A DNA stretch of 32,000 bases from Ferroglobus placidus DSM 10642 (lineage in GTDB: Archaea; Halobacteriota; Archaeoglobi; Archaeoglobales; Archaeoglobaceae): positions 840,001 through 872,000 of the forward strand of contig NC_013849.1 of NCBI RefSeq assembly GCF_000025505.1, given 5' to 3'. The notes under the pieces were generated by a model that did not search any database, was not told the origin of the DNA, and saw only the letters and a list, made by a program, of their open reading frames with translations. Below are positions 1-9,190 of the stretch, in pieces; the first letter of the stretch is position 1; each line of letters begins with the position of its first letter. Made by a program: the position numbers and the translations under genes.

Positions 1-288
1 GCCAGCTTCATTTTGGGAATCTCGAGGGCTATAGGAGAGACGATGGCAGTTACTATAGCTGCCGGCAGAGTTCCGAGGCTCGTTAACATTCTCAACCCGG
101 AAGACTGGATAAAGCCAATAGAAACCATGACCGCTGCCATGGTTGAAATAGGCTTAAGCGACGTCTCCGGAGAAAGCATAGCCTACAAGAGCCTATTTGC
201 GATTGGCTTCACCCTCTTCATCATGACGTTTGCCCTCAATGCGGTGAGCAATTACATTAAAATGCGTTTCAGGGAGGTGTACAGATGA
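1..288 (+). CDS. pstC: Phosphate ABC transporter permease PstC, C-terminal part (5' end lies outside the window)
   Basis: The frame is open from base 1. It contains the permease EAA-loop-like segment [16 protein letters not shown]. The TGA at 286-288 overlaps the next ATG (ATGA), and pstA-pstB-phoU follow. Confidence 0.85.
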   Translation, partial: ASFILGISRAIGETMAVTIAAGRVPRLVNILNPEDWIKPIETMTAAMVEIGLSDVSGESIAYKSLFAIGFTLFIMTFALNAVSNYIKMRFREVYR

Positions 289-1133
289 AGATTTCGGATA
301 AGCTCTTTTTAGTGCTTTGCTTAGCGGCAACAGTTTTTGGATTACTCGTTCTTTCAGCCCTCATCGTTTACACGTTTTACGAAGCTTTAGGATGGCTCGA
401 TTTACAGTTCCTCACGTCACCTCCCTCAAGGTTTCCGGAAAAAGCCGGAATTTATCCAGCATTGGTAAGCTCGGTATACATGATAACCCTCGTCGGAATC
501 TTCGTCCTCCCTCTCGGAGTCGGAGCAGCCTTATATCTGGAAGAGTACGCTAAAAAAGGAAAGTTAACGAGAATTATCGACGTGAACATCTCGAACTTGG
601 CAGCGGTGCCATCAATAGTTTACGGGCTTCTCGGGATAGGACTTTTCGTTGCCACTTTCAAACTGAAGCCGGGAACCGTGTTAGTTGGAGCTCTAACTCT
701 AACGCTCTTAGTTGTTCCTATAGTGATCGTCACTGCACAGGAAGCGCTGAGAGCTGTTCCGAAGTCGGTGAGGGAGGCGAGTTTCGCTTTGGGAGCAACG
801 AAGTGGCAGACAATCAAGGAAGTCGTTTTGCCTCAAGCTTTTCCCGGCATTTTAACCGGAGTAATTCTCGCTCTTTCAAGAGCTATAGGAGAGACGGCTC
901 CACTAATCATGATTGGAATGGCTACAACGGTTTTTGTAGCTCCGAAAGACATATTTAGTCCAGCTACTGCCATGCCCCTCCAAATATTCATGTGGACCGA
1001 CATGCCACAGGAAGAGTTCCTCCACGGTGTGGCTCCAGCGGGAGTTATAGTCCTGCTTGCGGTCATGTTGTCGATGAACGCCCTCGCCATATACTTGAGA
1101 AATAGGTTCTACAGGAAGCTTAAGGGGTGGTAA
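285..1133 (+). CDS. pstA: Phosphate ABC transporter permease PstA
   Basis: 282-aa polytopic membrane ORF with [15 protein letters not shown] (EAA loop). It sits between pstC and pstB and has a 4-nt overlap with pstC. Confidence 0.9.
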   Translation: MKISDKLFLVLCLAATVFGLLVLSALIVYTFYEALGWLDLQFLTSPPSRFPEKAGIYPALVSSVYMITLVGIFVLPLGVGAALYLEEYAKKGKLTRIIDVNISNLAAVPSIVYGLLGIGLFVATFKLKPGTVLVGALTLTLLVVPIVIVTAQEALRAVPKSVREASFALGATKWQTIKEVVLPQAFPGILTGVILALSRAIGETAPLIMIGMATTVFVAPKDIFSPATAMPLQIFMWTDMPQEEFLHGVAPAGVIVLLAVMLSMNALAIYLRNRFYRKLKGW

Positions 1134-1134
1134 A

Positions 1135-1887
1135 ATGATAGTATTCGACGTCAAAAACCTGAGCGTGTATTATGGCGATAAAGTCGGAATTCAGGACGTG
1201 AACATCGAGATTTACAAAAATAAGGTGACAGCAATAATGGGTCCGAGCGGCTGCGGAAAGTCCACCTTTTTGAGGTCTCTAAACAGATTGATAGAGCTTG
1301 TGGAAAACGTCAGAGTTGAGGGAAAGGTTTTGTTCGAAGGAAAGAACATCTACGACCCAGACGTTGATCCGGTTGAGCTGAGAAAGAGAATAGGGATGGT
1401 TTTCCAGCATCCAAACCCATTTCCAAAGAGCATATTCGACAACGTAGCCTTCGGACCGAGAATTCACGGTATAAAAGACAAGAAAAAACTCGAAAAGATA
1501 GTTGAAGACGCTTTGAAGAAAGCTGCGCTATGGGATGAAGTCAAGGACAGACTCCACGATTCGGCTTTGAGGCTCAGCGGAGGACAGCAGCAGAGGCTTT
1601 GCATAGCGAGAGCTATTGCTACGAATCCCGAGGTGATTCTCTTCGACGAGCCCACAGCCTCTCTCGATCCGATAGCCGCTTCGAAAATAGAGGACCTTAT
1701 AGTGGATTTGAAGAAGAGCTATACAGTTGTCGTCGTTACTCACAACATTCAGCAGGCAGCGAGAATAAGCGACTACGTAGCTTTCTTCTGGATGGGAAAG
1801 CTTGTTGAGTACGGAAAAACGGAAGAAGTCTTTGAAAATCCGCAGAACGAGCTTACAGAGAAGTACTTGACGGGAAGAATAGGATGA
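1135..1887 (+). CDS. pstB: Phosphate ABC transporter ATP-binding protein PstB
   Basis: Walker [13 protein letters not shown] signature LSGGQQQRL, Walker [12 protein letters not shown] and the H-loop VTHN. The 250-aa length is typical of PstB. Confidence 0.95.
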   Translation: MIVFDVKNLSVYYGDKVGIQDVNIEIYKNKVTAIMGPSGCGKSTFLRSLNRLIELVENVRVEGKVLFEGKNIYDPDVDPVELRKRIGMVFQHPNPFPKSIFDNVAFGPRIHGIKDKKKLEKIVEDALKKAALWDEVKDRLHDSALRLSGGQQQRLCIARAIATNPEVILFDEPTASLDPIAASKIEDLIVDLKKSYTVVVVTHNIQQAARISDYVAFFWMGKLVEYGKTEEVFENPQNELTEKYLTGRIG

Positions 1888-2276
1888 AAGTTCTCTTCGT
1901 TTGCCGGGAAAACACGTGCAGAAGCGTTATGGCTGAAGCTATATTTAACTCTCTGAGCGAAAAACACAGAGCCGAAAGTGCCGGAGTTGAGAGGGGAGAG
2001 AAGATAGATGAAAACGCTATTAAAACTTTAGAGAAGTGTGGATACAGAGTTGAGAAAAAATACCCGAAATCTCTTGATGATGTAAATTTGGAAGATTTCG
2101 ATTTGATCGTGACAGTTTGCGACGAATTCTGCGTAAATATTCCGGGAAAGAAGGTTATTAGGTGGAAAATAGAGGATCCGAAAGGCAAGAATTTAAAAGC
2201 TTACGAAAGAGTTTTGAAATTCTTGGAGGATAAAATTAAGCAACTTCTGGAGGAGATAGGATATGAAGGTTCTTGA
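1884..2276 (+). CDS. Low-molecular-weight phosphatase fold protein, ArsC-type arsenate reductase / LMW-PTP family
   Basis: N-terminal CX5R(S) P-loop VCRENTCRS, a second Cys pair C79/C83 (TVCDEFC) and an EDP acid loop. It overlaps pstB by 4 nt (ATGA) and phoU by 14 nt. Confidence 0.75.
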   Translation: MKVLFVCRENTCRSVMAEAIFNSLSEKHRAESAGVERGEKIDENAIKTLEKCGYRVEKKYPKSLDDVNLEDFDLIVTVCDEFCVNIPGKKVIRWKIEDPKGKNLKAYERVLKFLEDKIKQLLEEIGYEGS

Positions 2277-2853
2277 GGAAAGGCTCAACAAGATAAAAGA
2301 AGAACTCATAGAGATGCACAGAATATCGAAAGAGGCTGTTGAGCTATGTCTCGACAGCAGAAGCTTGGCGAAGGTTTCGAGCATAGAGAGGAGAGCAGAT
2401 GTTATGAACACCGACATAGACGATAACTGCCTCGTTGCCGTGGCTTTGTACCAGCCGGTAGCGAGGGATTTGAGGTTTTTAGCCAGCGTGATGAGGCTTT
2501 CGGCAAATTACGAAAGAATTACAGATCTCGCTGAAAAAATCGCTAAGCTGGAAAACAAAGACGCTGAAAGATTGAAGGAAATGCAGGAAACAGTTTTGGA
2601 GATGTTCGACATAGTTTACGAAGCACTTTCAGAGGGAAAAATAGAAAGTCTGAAGGACAGGCTGGTAGAAAAGGACGACGTTCTCGACAAGATTAACAAA
2701 AAGATACTCGAAGAGAACATGGAGAAGAAGGTAAAGGAGGCTATAGATACAATAATCGCTGCGAAACACTTCGAAAGAATCGGAGACATTCTGAGTAAGA
2801 ACGGTTCGAGGATTATTTACATCGAGGAAGGAAAGAGAGTCTGGATAAAGTGA
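2263..2853 (+). CDS. phoU: Phosphate uptake regulator PhoU
   Basis: 196-aa all-helical protein with two PhoU-like repeats (..RISKEAVELC.., ..AAKHFERIGDIL..). It is the last gene of the pst operon. Confidence 0.85.
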   Translation: MKVLEERLNKIKEELIEMHRISKEAVELCLDSRSLAKVSSIERRADVMNTDIDDNCLVAVALYQPVARDLRFLASVMRLSANYERITDLAEKIAKLENKDAERLKEMQETVLEMFDIVYEALSEGKIESLKDRLVEKDDVLDKINKKILEENMEKKVKEAIDTIIAAKHFERIGDILSKNGSRIIYIEEGKRVWIK

Positions 2854-2892
2854 GGAAAAAGTTAATGTTAAGATTCGCAAAGTTTCATTGCT

Positions 2893-5544
2893 GTGATAGC
2901 TGAGGCTTTAAAAAAAGTCGGCATAGAGGAACTTAACCAGCTTCAGAAGGAAGCTTACGGTTTAATTAAAAAAGGCTCGGACGTTTTGATAGTAGCTCCT
3001 ACCGGGAGCGGAAAAACAGAAGCTGCTCTAATTCCAGTACTCGAAACGATAAAAGAGAAGAACTTGGAAGGAATTGCTCTAATTTACGTAACTCCTCTCA
3101 GAGCTCTGAATAGGGATCTGCTGAGAAGGATAAGCGCAATTTGCGACGAAATAGGGTTGAGCGTAGCTGTAAGGCACAGCGATACGAGTGAAAGAGAAAG
3201 AAAGAAGCAGTCCGAAGAACCTCCTCAAATTCTCATAACCACTCCGGAGACCTTTCAGATTCTCTTTCTGGGAAAGAAGCTCAAGAAGGGTTTGAAAAAC
3301 GTAAAGTTCGTCGTCGTAGATGAGGTTCACGAACTCGTTGAGAGCGAGCGAGGGGTTCAGCTTGCCGTTGCTTTGGAGAGGCTCAGAGAATACACGAAAT
3401 TCCAGCTAATCGCTTTATCAGCAACAGTAGACGTCGATAAAGTTTTGAGGTTTTTCAAGTGCAAAGAGCTGATTCTCTCACCTCTCGAGAAGAAGTATAT
3501 CTTTAAGGTCATCAAGCCTGAGGTAAAGGAGGAAGATTTGGAGCTCGCGAGGAATTTAATGGTCGAAGAGAGTTTTGCGGCAGAGCTGAGGAAAATAAAG
3601 GAGATCGTCGAAGAGTACGGATCGGCATTAATCTTCGTTAACACGAGGCAAACCGCTGAGTTTTTAGCTTCGAAGCTCAAAAAGCTTGTTCCAGTAGAAG
3701 TTCACCACGGATCGCTGTCCAAGGAGGTTAGAATTGAAAACGAGAAAAAGTTCCTCAACAAAGAGATTAAAGCCCTCGTCTGCACGTCGTCGATGGAACT
3801 CGGAATAGACATAGGTCACGTTAACGTTGTCATCCAATACAACAGCCCGAGGGAGGTCGTAAGGCTAATTCAAAGAGCCGGAAGGAGCGGTCACAGAATA
3901 GACAAAGTTAGTGTGTGCTACATCATCACCAGCTCCTTCGACGATTTGCTTGAGTCTGCTGTGATAGTCAAAAAAGCTTTAAAAGGGGAGCTTGAAGAGA
4001 GCAGAATTCACGAAAACAGCTTGGACGTTTTAGCCAACCAGATTGCCGGAATTCTGCTTGAGAAGGGGAAAATCGAGGCGTCAAGAGTCTACTCGATAAT
4101 AAAGAGAGCTTATCCTTTCAGAAAACTCAGCTGGGAAAGCTTCATGAAAGTCGTTGAATTCCTCGACAGCATAAATCTAATTACCTACAGAGATGGCTTG
4201 CTAATTCCGACGAGAAAAACGAGATCTTACTTTTTCGAAAACATTTCCATGATTCCAGACGAGAAGAGCTATCCCGTTAGAGACGTGGTAACAGGAAAAA
4301 TTATAGGAGTTCTCGACGAAAAATTCCTTCAGACTTTCTCCGGAGAGCTTTTTACGATGAAGGGAGACGTTTGGAGAGTTTTAAGTGTTGACGAGGAAGT
4401 AAAGGTCTCTCCCGCTTTGGCGGAAGGAGCCGTTCCGAGTTGGGTTGGAGAGGAGATTCCCGTTCCGTACGAAGTGGCTGACGAGGTTGGATTGCTAAGA
4501 AAAGCAATTCTCGCCTACGGAAGAGAGTACCTGATTAAAAACTACTTCGTAAACGAGGAGGGAGCCAAATTTGTAGAAGAGCTCATAAAAGAGCACGCAA
4601 AAAAATTCGCTGTCCCCGGAGGGGGAGAGATAGTAATTGAAGGGGAAAAAGAAGTTACTCTAAACGTCTGCCTTGGACACAGAGTCAACGAGGTTCTCGG
4701 GAGGGTTGTGGCGCTTCTTCTTTCGGCAAGGTCCGGAAGAAACGTGTCGATAGAGTTCGACCCCTACAGGATAAAATTCAACCCCGCAAATTGCGAAGAC
4801 GTTGCGAGAGTTTTAGATGAGCTTTCTCGGCTAAGCTTCGAACAGTTTAGAGAGCTCGTCGTTAGAGCGGTATCTGAGACGAAGCTCTTCCAGTGGAAGT
4901 TCGTTCACGTCGCCAAGAAAATGGGATACCTGAGCAAGGAAATTGAAGTAAGCAGAATAAACGTTCAGAACCTCGTAAAGAAGCTTATGGATACGCCGAT
5001 ATTTGAAGAAGCTGTAAGAGAGATGTTCACTGAAAGGCTCGACGTCGAAAAAGCCTACGAGTTCGTTAAAAGAATAAAGAATTTCGAAATTCACGTTTAT
5101 CAGGAAAAAACACCCATAGGTAGCGTAAGCCAGGGAAGCTTCGACATCGTTGCTGGAAAGAGAGAAGAGGCTATCCTCGACCATTTCATTCAGAGACTTG
5201 AAGAGGAAAACGTCTGGATTTACTGCGTGAACTGCAAGCTTAGAATGAGGAAAAAGCTAAGACATCTCAGCGAAAGTTTTTGTCCGAGGTGCAAGAGCAG
5301 AATGCTGGCTGTGTTTAGCGCGAGGAGAAATCCGGAGGAGTTTAGCGAAAAGGAGCTTTTCAGAATTGCCGAGCTTTACAGAGTGCACGGAAAAAAGGCT
5401 GCCTACGCTCTGTGCACCTACGGAATCGGAGTGGACACAGCTACTAAAATTTTATCTGGATTTTATCCTGAAAATAGGGAGTTTTTCAAGAGTTTGCTCG
5501 AAGCGGAGAAAAACTACATAAGGACGAGAAAGTTCTGGTCGTGA
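2893..5544 (+). CDS. lhr: Lhr-type (large helicase-related) SF2 DEVH-box ATP-dependent helicase
   Basis: Motif I APTGSGKT, motif II VVDEVH, motif III LSATV and motif VI QRAGRSGH. There is a long C-terminal extension with a CxxC...CxxC ribbon (CVNCKL..CPRCKS). The ORF is 883 aa with a GTG start. Confidence 0.8.
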   Translation: MIAEALKKVGIEELNQLQKEAYGLIKKGSDVLIVAPTGSGKTEAALIPVLETIKEKNLEGIALIYVTPLRALNRDLLRRISAICDEIGLSVAVRHSDTSERERKKQSEEPPQILITTPETFQILFLGKKLKKGLKNVKFVVVDEVHELVESERGVQLAVALERLREYTKFQLIALSATVDVDKVLRFFKCKELILSPLEKKYIFKVIKPEVKEEDLELARNLMVEESFAAELRKIKEIVEEYGSALIFVNTRQTAEFLASKLKKLVPVEVHHGSLSKEVRIENEKKFLNKEIKALVCTSSMELGIDIGHVNVVIQYNSPREVVRLIQRAGRSGHRIDKVSVCYIITSSFDDLLESAVIVKKALKGELEESRIHENSLDVLANQIAGILLEKGKIEASRVYSIIKRAYPFRKLSWESFMKVVEFLDSINLITYRDGLLIPTRKTRSYFFENISMIPDEKSYPVRDVVTGKIIGVLDEKFLQTFSGELFTMKGDVWRVLSVDEEVKVSPALAEGAVPSWVGEEIPVPYEVADEVGLLRKAILAYGREYLIKNYFVNEEGAKFVEELIKEHAKKFAVPGGGEIVIEGEKEVTLNVCLGHRVNEVLGRVVALLLSARSGRNVSIEFDPYRIKFNPANCEDVARVLDELSRLSFEQFRELVVRAVSETKLFQWKFVHVAKKMGYLSKEIEVSRINVQNLVKKLMDTPIFEEAVREMFTERLDVEKAYEFVKRIKNFEIHVYQEKTPIGSVSQGSFDIVAGKREEAILDHFIQRLEEENVWIYCVNCKLRMRKKLRHLSESFCPRCKSRMLAVFSARRNPEEFSEKELFRIAELYRVHGKKAAYALCTYGIGVDTATKILSGFYPENREFFKSLLEAEKNYIRTRKFWS

Positions 5545-5548
5545 GAGG

Positions 5549-6373
5549 ATGGAGGAAAAGCTGAAAGAAATCAAGGATTGGTTTGAAGACCTCATCGATG
5601 AGGAGACTGCTGAACTTCTTGCTAAATATTCCCTCGGAGGTAAAGTAGAGTTCAAAATAGAGGAAGCTAAGAAAATTCCCGGGAAAGTGGCTTTCGTCGG
5701 GAGAGTCGTGAAGATAGAAAGAAGAGAAGCGAAAAATGGAAGAGAATTTTACAGGATCCTCGTCAAAGATGAGGAGAGCAGTGCTTTCGTTTACCTGTGG
5801 GAAGAAGCTAAGGAGCTCGTTTATTCCGGAGACTTGAGCGAGGGGGATCTCGTCAAGTTCATAGCGATAAACAAAAACGGGTTTTTTTCAGTAAACAGCG
5901 GTGACGACGTTGAGATTTTGAGGAAAGAGAAGAAGGAGTTCGAAGGATATTTAATATCCAGCGGAGAACACTCCGAAATTTTCTCCGGAAGACTCATGAG
6001 GTTTAAAGGAGAGGTTAAAGCGGAAAGAGGTAGCTACGTCAGGGTTAGAGTTGAGGGAGAGAGAATAGTTGACTACGAAGTCGTGAAGGAGAACGTTTTC
6101 GAGAAGATAGAGAAAATCGTTCCGGGGAGATACGTGAACGTTAAGGGTTTCGTAATCGGGCTGGGGGAGGATTTTGGTAGGAGCGCTGAGATAACGGTGA
6201 GCGATAAGGAGAGCTCGATAGACGTTGTGCTTTGGGACGAATGGAGGAAAATATACTTCGACGTAGACATAGGTGACGTGATCGTGATCTTTAACGCCTA
6301 CGCAAAACACGAAGACGTGACGAAACTCCACTGCGGAAGAAGCAGCTACGTTCTTCTCGAAAAGGTTTATTAA
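5549..6373 (+). CDS. Putative nucleic-acid-binding protein with two OB-fold-like modules (RPA/SSB-like); function unproven
   Basis: There are two segments with an OB-like pattern: GKVAFVGRVVKIERRE..FYRILVKDEESSAFVYLWEE and RYVNVKGFVIGLGEDFG..ITVSDKESSIDVVLWDEW. A GAGAGGA SD precedes the ATG, which lies 4 nt after the helicase stop. Confidence 0.45.
   Translation: MEEKLKEIKDWFEDLIDEETAELLAKYSLGGKVEFKIEEAKKIPGKVAFVGRVVKIERREAKNGREFYRILVKDEESSAFVYLWEEAKELVYSGDLSEGDLVKFIAINKNGFFSVNSGDDVEILRKEKKEFEGYLISSGEHSEIFSGRLMRFKGEVKAERGSYVRVRVEGERIVDYEVVKENVFEKIEKIVPGRYVNVKGFVIGLGEDFGRSAEITVSDKESSIDVVLWDEWRKIYFDVDIGDVIVIFNAYAKHEDVTKLHCGRSSYVLLEKVY
6366..6373 (+). promoter_or_regulatory. TATA-like box TTTATTAA, 28 nt upstream of the ATG at 6394
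   Basis: A/T octamer at the spacing seen for other first genes in this window. No SD lies between it and the ATG. Confidence 0.4.
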
Positions 6374-6393
6374 CTTCGAACTTTCCCAGCTTT

Positions 6394-7743
6394 ATGAAAA
6401 AAGTTCTGATGGCTCTGCTGATAATCGCTGCAATAACGAGGTTTTACGCTCTGACAGACAGACCTATGGATCACGACGAAAGCGTTCACGCTTACCTAAG
6501 CTACGTTTTCATGAAAAGCGGATATTACGAGTACGATCCAGCCTTCCACGGTCCTTTCATATACCTCACCACAGGCTTCCTCTTCAAGCTCTTCGGCGAC
6601 TCTGAATTCGTTGCGAGAGCCCTCGTGGCTACTTTTTCAATCTTCTCGATTTACGTAGCTTACCTTTTCAGAAGGTATGTCGGAAACGGTTGGATACTGT
6701 TTGCGTTAATCTTAATCTTCTCTCCGTCGATTCTGTATTACTCCAGATATTTCAGAAACGATATGATCGTTCTCCCTTCTTTCTTAGCGGCAGTTTACTT
6801 TTACTTTAGATATGCCGAGAGCAAAAAAGTTGTTTTCGCCGGGCTATCTTCCTTTTTCTTAGCTTTGATGATTTGCTCGAAGGAGAACGGATTCATTTAC
6901 CTCGGAACTCTCTTATCCTTTATCTTGCTCAAAAGAAAATTCGTTTTCTGGAGGGATATAGATTTTAAAGCTATTTCTCTTTCAGCCTTCGTTTTCTTTT
7001 TTATCGTCTCCTTCTATTACACTACAGCCTTCACGAACTTTTTTGGATTGATAAAAGCTTTCACAGCATCAATACAGCACTGGGTCGAAATGCACGAAAA
7101 AAAGGACCACTGGAAACCCATCTACTACTACTCGAAAATTCTGATAAAGTACGAATTCTTCGTCCTCGGATTATTTCTCGCTTCGCTATATCAGGCTGCG
7201 GAGAGAATTAAGAAAAAAAAGGTGTCGACTATCGAAGCTTTCGCACTTTACTGGGCTGTAACAGCTTTACTTGCCTACCACGTTTTGAGCCACAAAGTTC
7301 CTTGGCTTACGGTGCACCTTGTCGCTCCAATGGCTTTTCTCTCCTCGCTGTATTCTGCTAAACTCCTTTCCGAGTGGAGAAAATACGTTGTGACTGCGGT
7401 GCTGTTCGTAAACGTTGCCGTAGGATTTTACCTGACTTACGTGGACTACAACAACACCGAGCACGATTTGATATACATCCAAGTCCAGCCTTCTGCTGTC
7501 GAGCTTGCGGAAAGGATAGCTAAAGCGACAAACATTATAGTTTACGAGCCGAACAACGATTACTGGCCACTGCCTTGGTATTTGAGGAAGGAAAACGTTC
7601 CCTTCTCAAGCAAATTTTACCCCTACGACAACGTGGTGACTTCGGAGAGGGAAATGAAAAATCTTCTCGAAAAAGGCTACACCCTCGACGGAAGATACGA
7701 AATACGTCCCGGATACTACATGGTGTGGATGAAGAAGGGTTAA
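6394..7743 (+). CDS. GT-C-type membrane glycosyltransferase-like protein (PMT/ArnT-like; TIGR03663-type by recollection)
   Basis: 449-aa polytopic protein. It has an acidic first-loop motif (RPMDHDESVHAY) after TM1, many aromatic-rich TM helices and a soluble C-terminal domain. Confidence 0.6.
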   Translation: MKKVLMALLIIAAITRFYALTDRPMDHDESVHAYLSYVFMKSGYYEYDPAFHGPFIYLTTGFLFKLFGDSEFVARALVATFSIFSIYVAYLFRRYVGNGWILFALILIFSPSILYYSRYFRNDMIVLPSFLAAVYFYFRYAESKKVVFAGLSSFFLALMICSKENGFIYLGTLLSFILLKRKFVFWRDIDFKAISLSAFVFFFIVSFYYTTAFTNFFGLIKAFTASIQHWVEMHEKKDHWKPIYYYSKILIKYEFFVLGLFLASLYQAAERIKKKKVSTIEAFALYWAVTALLAYHVLSHKVPWLTVHLVAPMAFLSSLYSAKLLSEWRKYVVTAVLFVNVAVGFYLTYVDYNNTEHDLIYIQVQPSAVELAERIAKATNIIVYEPNNDYWPLPWYLRKENVPFSSKFYPYDNVVTSEREMKNLLEKGYTLDGRYEIRPGYYMVWMKKG

Positions 7744-7747
7744 ATAA
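7740..7747 (+). promoter_or_regulatory. TATA-like box TTAAATAA, 29 nt upstream of the ATG at 7769
   Basis: Spacing matches the window-wide pattern and supports the small ORF as a leaderless gene. Confidence 0.35.
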
Positions 7748-7768
7748 AAGCCCGACCAAATCTCAAAC

Positions 7769-7945
7769 ATGGCGGAAAAAGAAGTAAGCCCGTTGCTGTT
7801 CCTCATAGCATGGGCGATGTTTTCGGCGATGCTTTATCTCTACGCCCACTACATAAAACTTGCAACTAAGGAATCGAGGCTCGTCGTTATTTTAGCTTCG
7901 ATTTTAACCGGCGGCGTTATGGCGTACATAATTCTCTACAAGTGA
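7769..7945 (+). CDS. Small (58 aa) two-TM membrane protein, hypothetical (below the ORF-track cutoff)
   Basis: Hand translation gives MAEKEVSPLLFLIAWAMFSAMLYLYAHYIKLATKESRLVVILASILTGGVMAYIILYK. It has two hydrophobic helices, an ATG start and a TATA-like box at -29. Confidence 0.45.
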   Translation: MAEKEVSPLLFLIAWAMFSAMLYLYAHYIKLATKESRLVVILASILTGGVMAYIILYK

Positions 7946-7970
7946 TCAGCGAACACTTGTTAGGGAAACA

Positions 7971-7978
7971 TTTAAGTT
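7971..7978 (+). promoter_or_regulatory. TATA-like box TTTAAGTT, 31 nt upstream of the ATG at 8002
   Basis: Spacing argues for the ATG at 8002 rather than the GTG at 7942 given in the ORF track. Confidence 0.35.
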
Positions 7979-8001
7979 TAGAAATTACAACTATTATTGT
8001 T

Positions 8002-8484
8002 ATGATGGAACATAAAAAGTTACTCGTGGGAGATGTGAACAAAGTTGTTGCTTCTCTCTTAGCCAGAGCTTACGCTGCCGAATACTTAGAAGCGAATTTG
8101 CTTTCAGAAGCTCTGCTTTACATCCACGACGATGAGGTTTGGAACGACGTTTTCTCGTTAATTAAAGACAACGAACTCCACAAAACCATAATAGAGGAAA
8201 TCGTAGAAGTTCTTGGCTTCGACATCAAAGATTTTAGGGAATACTCAAAGACATTTACGGAGTGCAAACTCAACTTCTCTGGAGATTTTCTGAGCGAAAT
8301 GTTCAGCGAAATATTAAATTACGAGATCTGGGCTGAAAAATTCTACAAGCACTTGGCAAAATTAGTTTCGGCAATACCCCTAGATGTTGAGAAAGAAAAT
8401 GTCGAAATCGTAAAGAACACGCTCGAAATGCTATCTGAGTGGGAGAAAAAGCATACGGAAGTGGCGAGAAAATACATACAATAA
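8002..8484 (+). CDS. Hypothetical acidic all-helical protein (160 aa)
   Basis: Clean ORF with protein-like composition. I moved the start to ATG 8002 (MMEHKKLL..) based on the upstream TATA spacing. I do not recognise a family. Confidence 0.55.
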   Translation: MMEHKKLLVGDVNKVVASLLARAYAAEYLEANLLSEALLYIHDDEVWNDVFSLIKDNELHKTIIEEIVEVLGFDIKDFREYSKTFTECKLNFSGDFLSEMFSEILNYEIWAEKFYKHLAKLVSAIPLDVEKENVEIVKNTLEMLSEWEKKHTEVARKYIQ

Positions 8485-8506
8485 AGATATAAAAATTGAG
8501 AAAAAC

Positions 8507-9058
8507 TTACATCAATCCCAAAGCTTGCAACTCTTCGGAAATTTTCTCAACGGCTCTCTTGGCATCTTCCGGCTTTTTGCCTCCGGTTATTACCATCTTA
8601 CCCGAACCGAAGATCAAAACAACAACCCTCGGGTCCCTCAATCTGTAAACGAGTCCGGGGAATTGTTCTGGTTCGTACTCTATATTTTCCAGCCCCAAAC
8701 CAACGGCTATGGCGTTTAGGTTCAAATCCACTCCGAGGTCTGCGGAAGCCACAATATTTTGCACTCTCACGTCCGGATCGTCGTAAACTTCGATGCCGAG
8801 AGACTTTATTATGTTAACAACTTGTTTCACAGCCCTTCTCGCATCTTCAACGCTTTTTGAGCCGGTGCAAACGACCTTGCCGCTTCTGAAAACCAAGGCA
8901 GCCGCTTTAGGGTCTTTGGTTCTCAAAACCAGTCCGGGAAACTGTTTCGGCTTGTATTCCGCATCCTTTATCTCCCTTGCGATTTTGTTCAGATCTATGT
9001 TTTCCCCAATCTGCGTAGAAGCGACGACATTCTCGATTTTTATCTTGTAATCTTTCAT
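8507..9058 (-). CDS. tbp: TATA-box binding protein (TBP)
   Basis: Two direct TBP repeats: ENVVASTQIG..IDLNKIA..EYKPKQFPGLVLR..KAAALVFRSGKVVCTG and QNIVASADLG..LNLNAIA..EYEPEQFPGLVYR..VVVLIFGSGKMVITG. The ATG at 9058 gives 183 aa; the TTG at 9073 in the track is probably an over-extension. Confidence 0.95.
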   Translation of the reverse strand: MKDYKIKIENVVASTQIGENIDLNKIAREIKDAEYKPKQFPGLVLRTKDPKAAALVFRSGKVVCTGSKSVEDARRAVKQVVNIIKSLGIEVYDDPDVRVQNIVASADLGVDLNLNAIAVGLGLENIEYEPEQFPGLVYRLRDPRVVVLIFGSGKMVITGGKKPEDAKRAVEKISEELQALGLM

Positions 9059-9081
9059 AGTTGTAACCCCCAATCAAAAAC

Positions 9082-9098
9082 TTTTTAAATAATATAAA
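9082..9098 (-). promoter_or_regulatory. Candidate TBP promoter with two adjacent TATA-like boxes (minus-strand TTTAAAAA and TTTATATT)
   Basis: The minus strand reads TTTATATTATTTAAAAAG. The TTTAAAAA 5' edge is 31 nt from the ATG at 9058. Confidence 0.4.
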
Positions 9099-9190
9099 TA
9101 CCTTGCCCTGCCCAAAGCTCTTCTTAAGAACTCTTACGAAAATTTCGTCGATAGTCGAAAGACTTTAGAAAAAGGATTAAGAAATTAGAA

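Noticed and set aside
317-1154. Several ORFs overlapping pstA in other frames or on the opposite strand (317-553 +, 620-817 -, 833-1090 -, 903-1154 -).
   Set aside because: They are shadow ORFs inside a gene with clear permease motifs. Their composition is not protein-like (Ser/Arg/Pro-rich) and they have no start context.
8002-8484. Ferritin-like or rubrerythrin-like diiron protein, from Glu/His spacing such as EWEKKH and NELH.
   Set aside because: Only one clean ExxH is present and the second motif is ExH. The pattern is too weak to call without a profile search.
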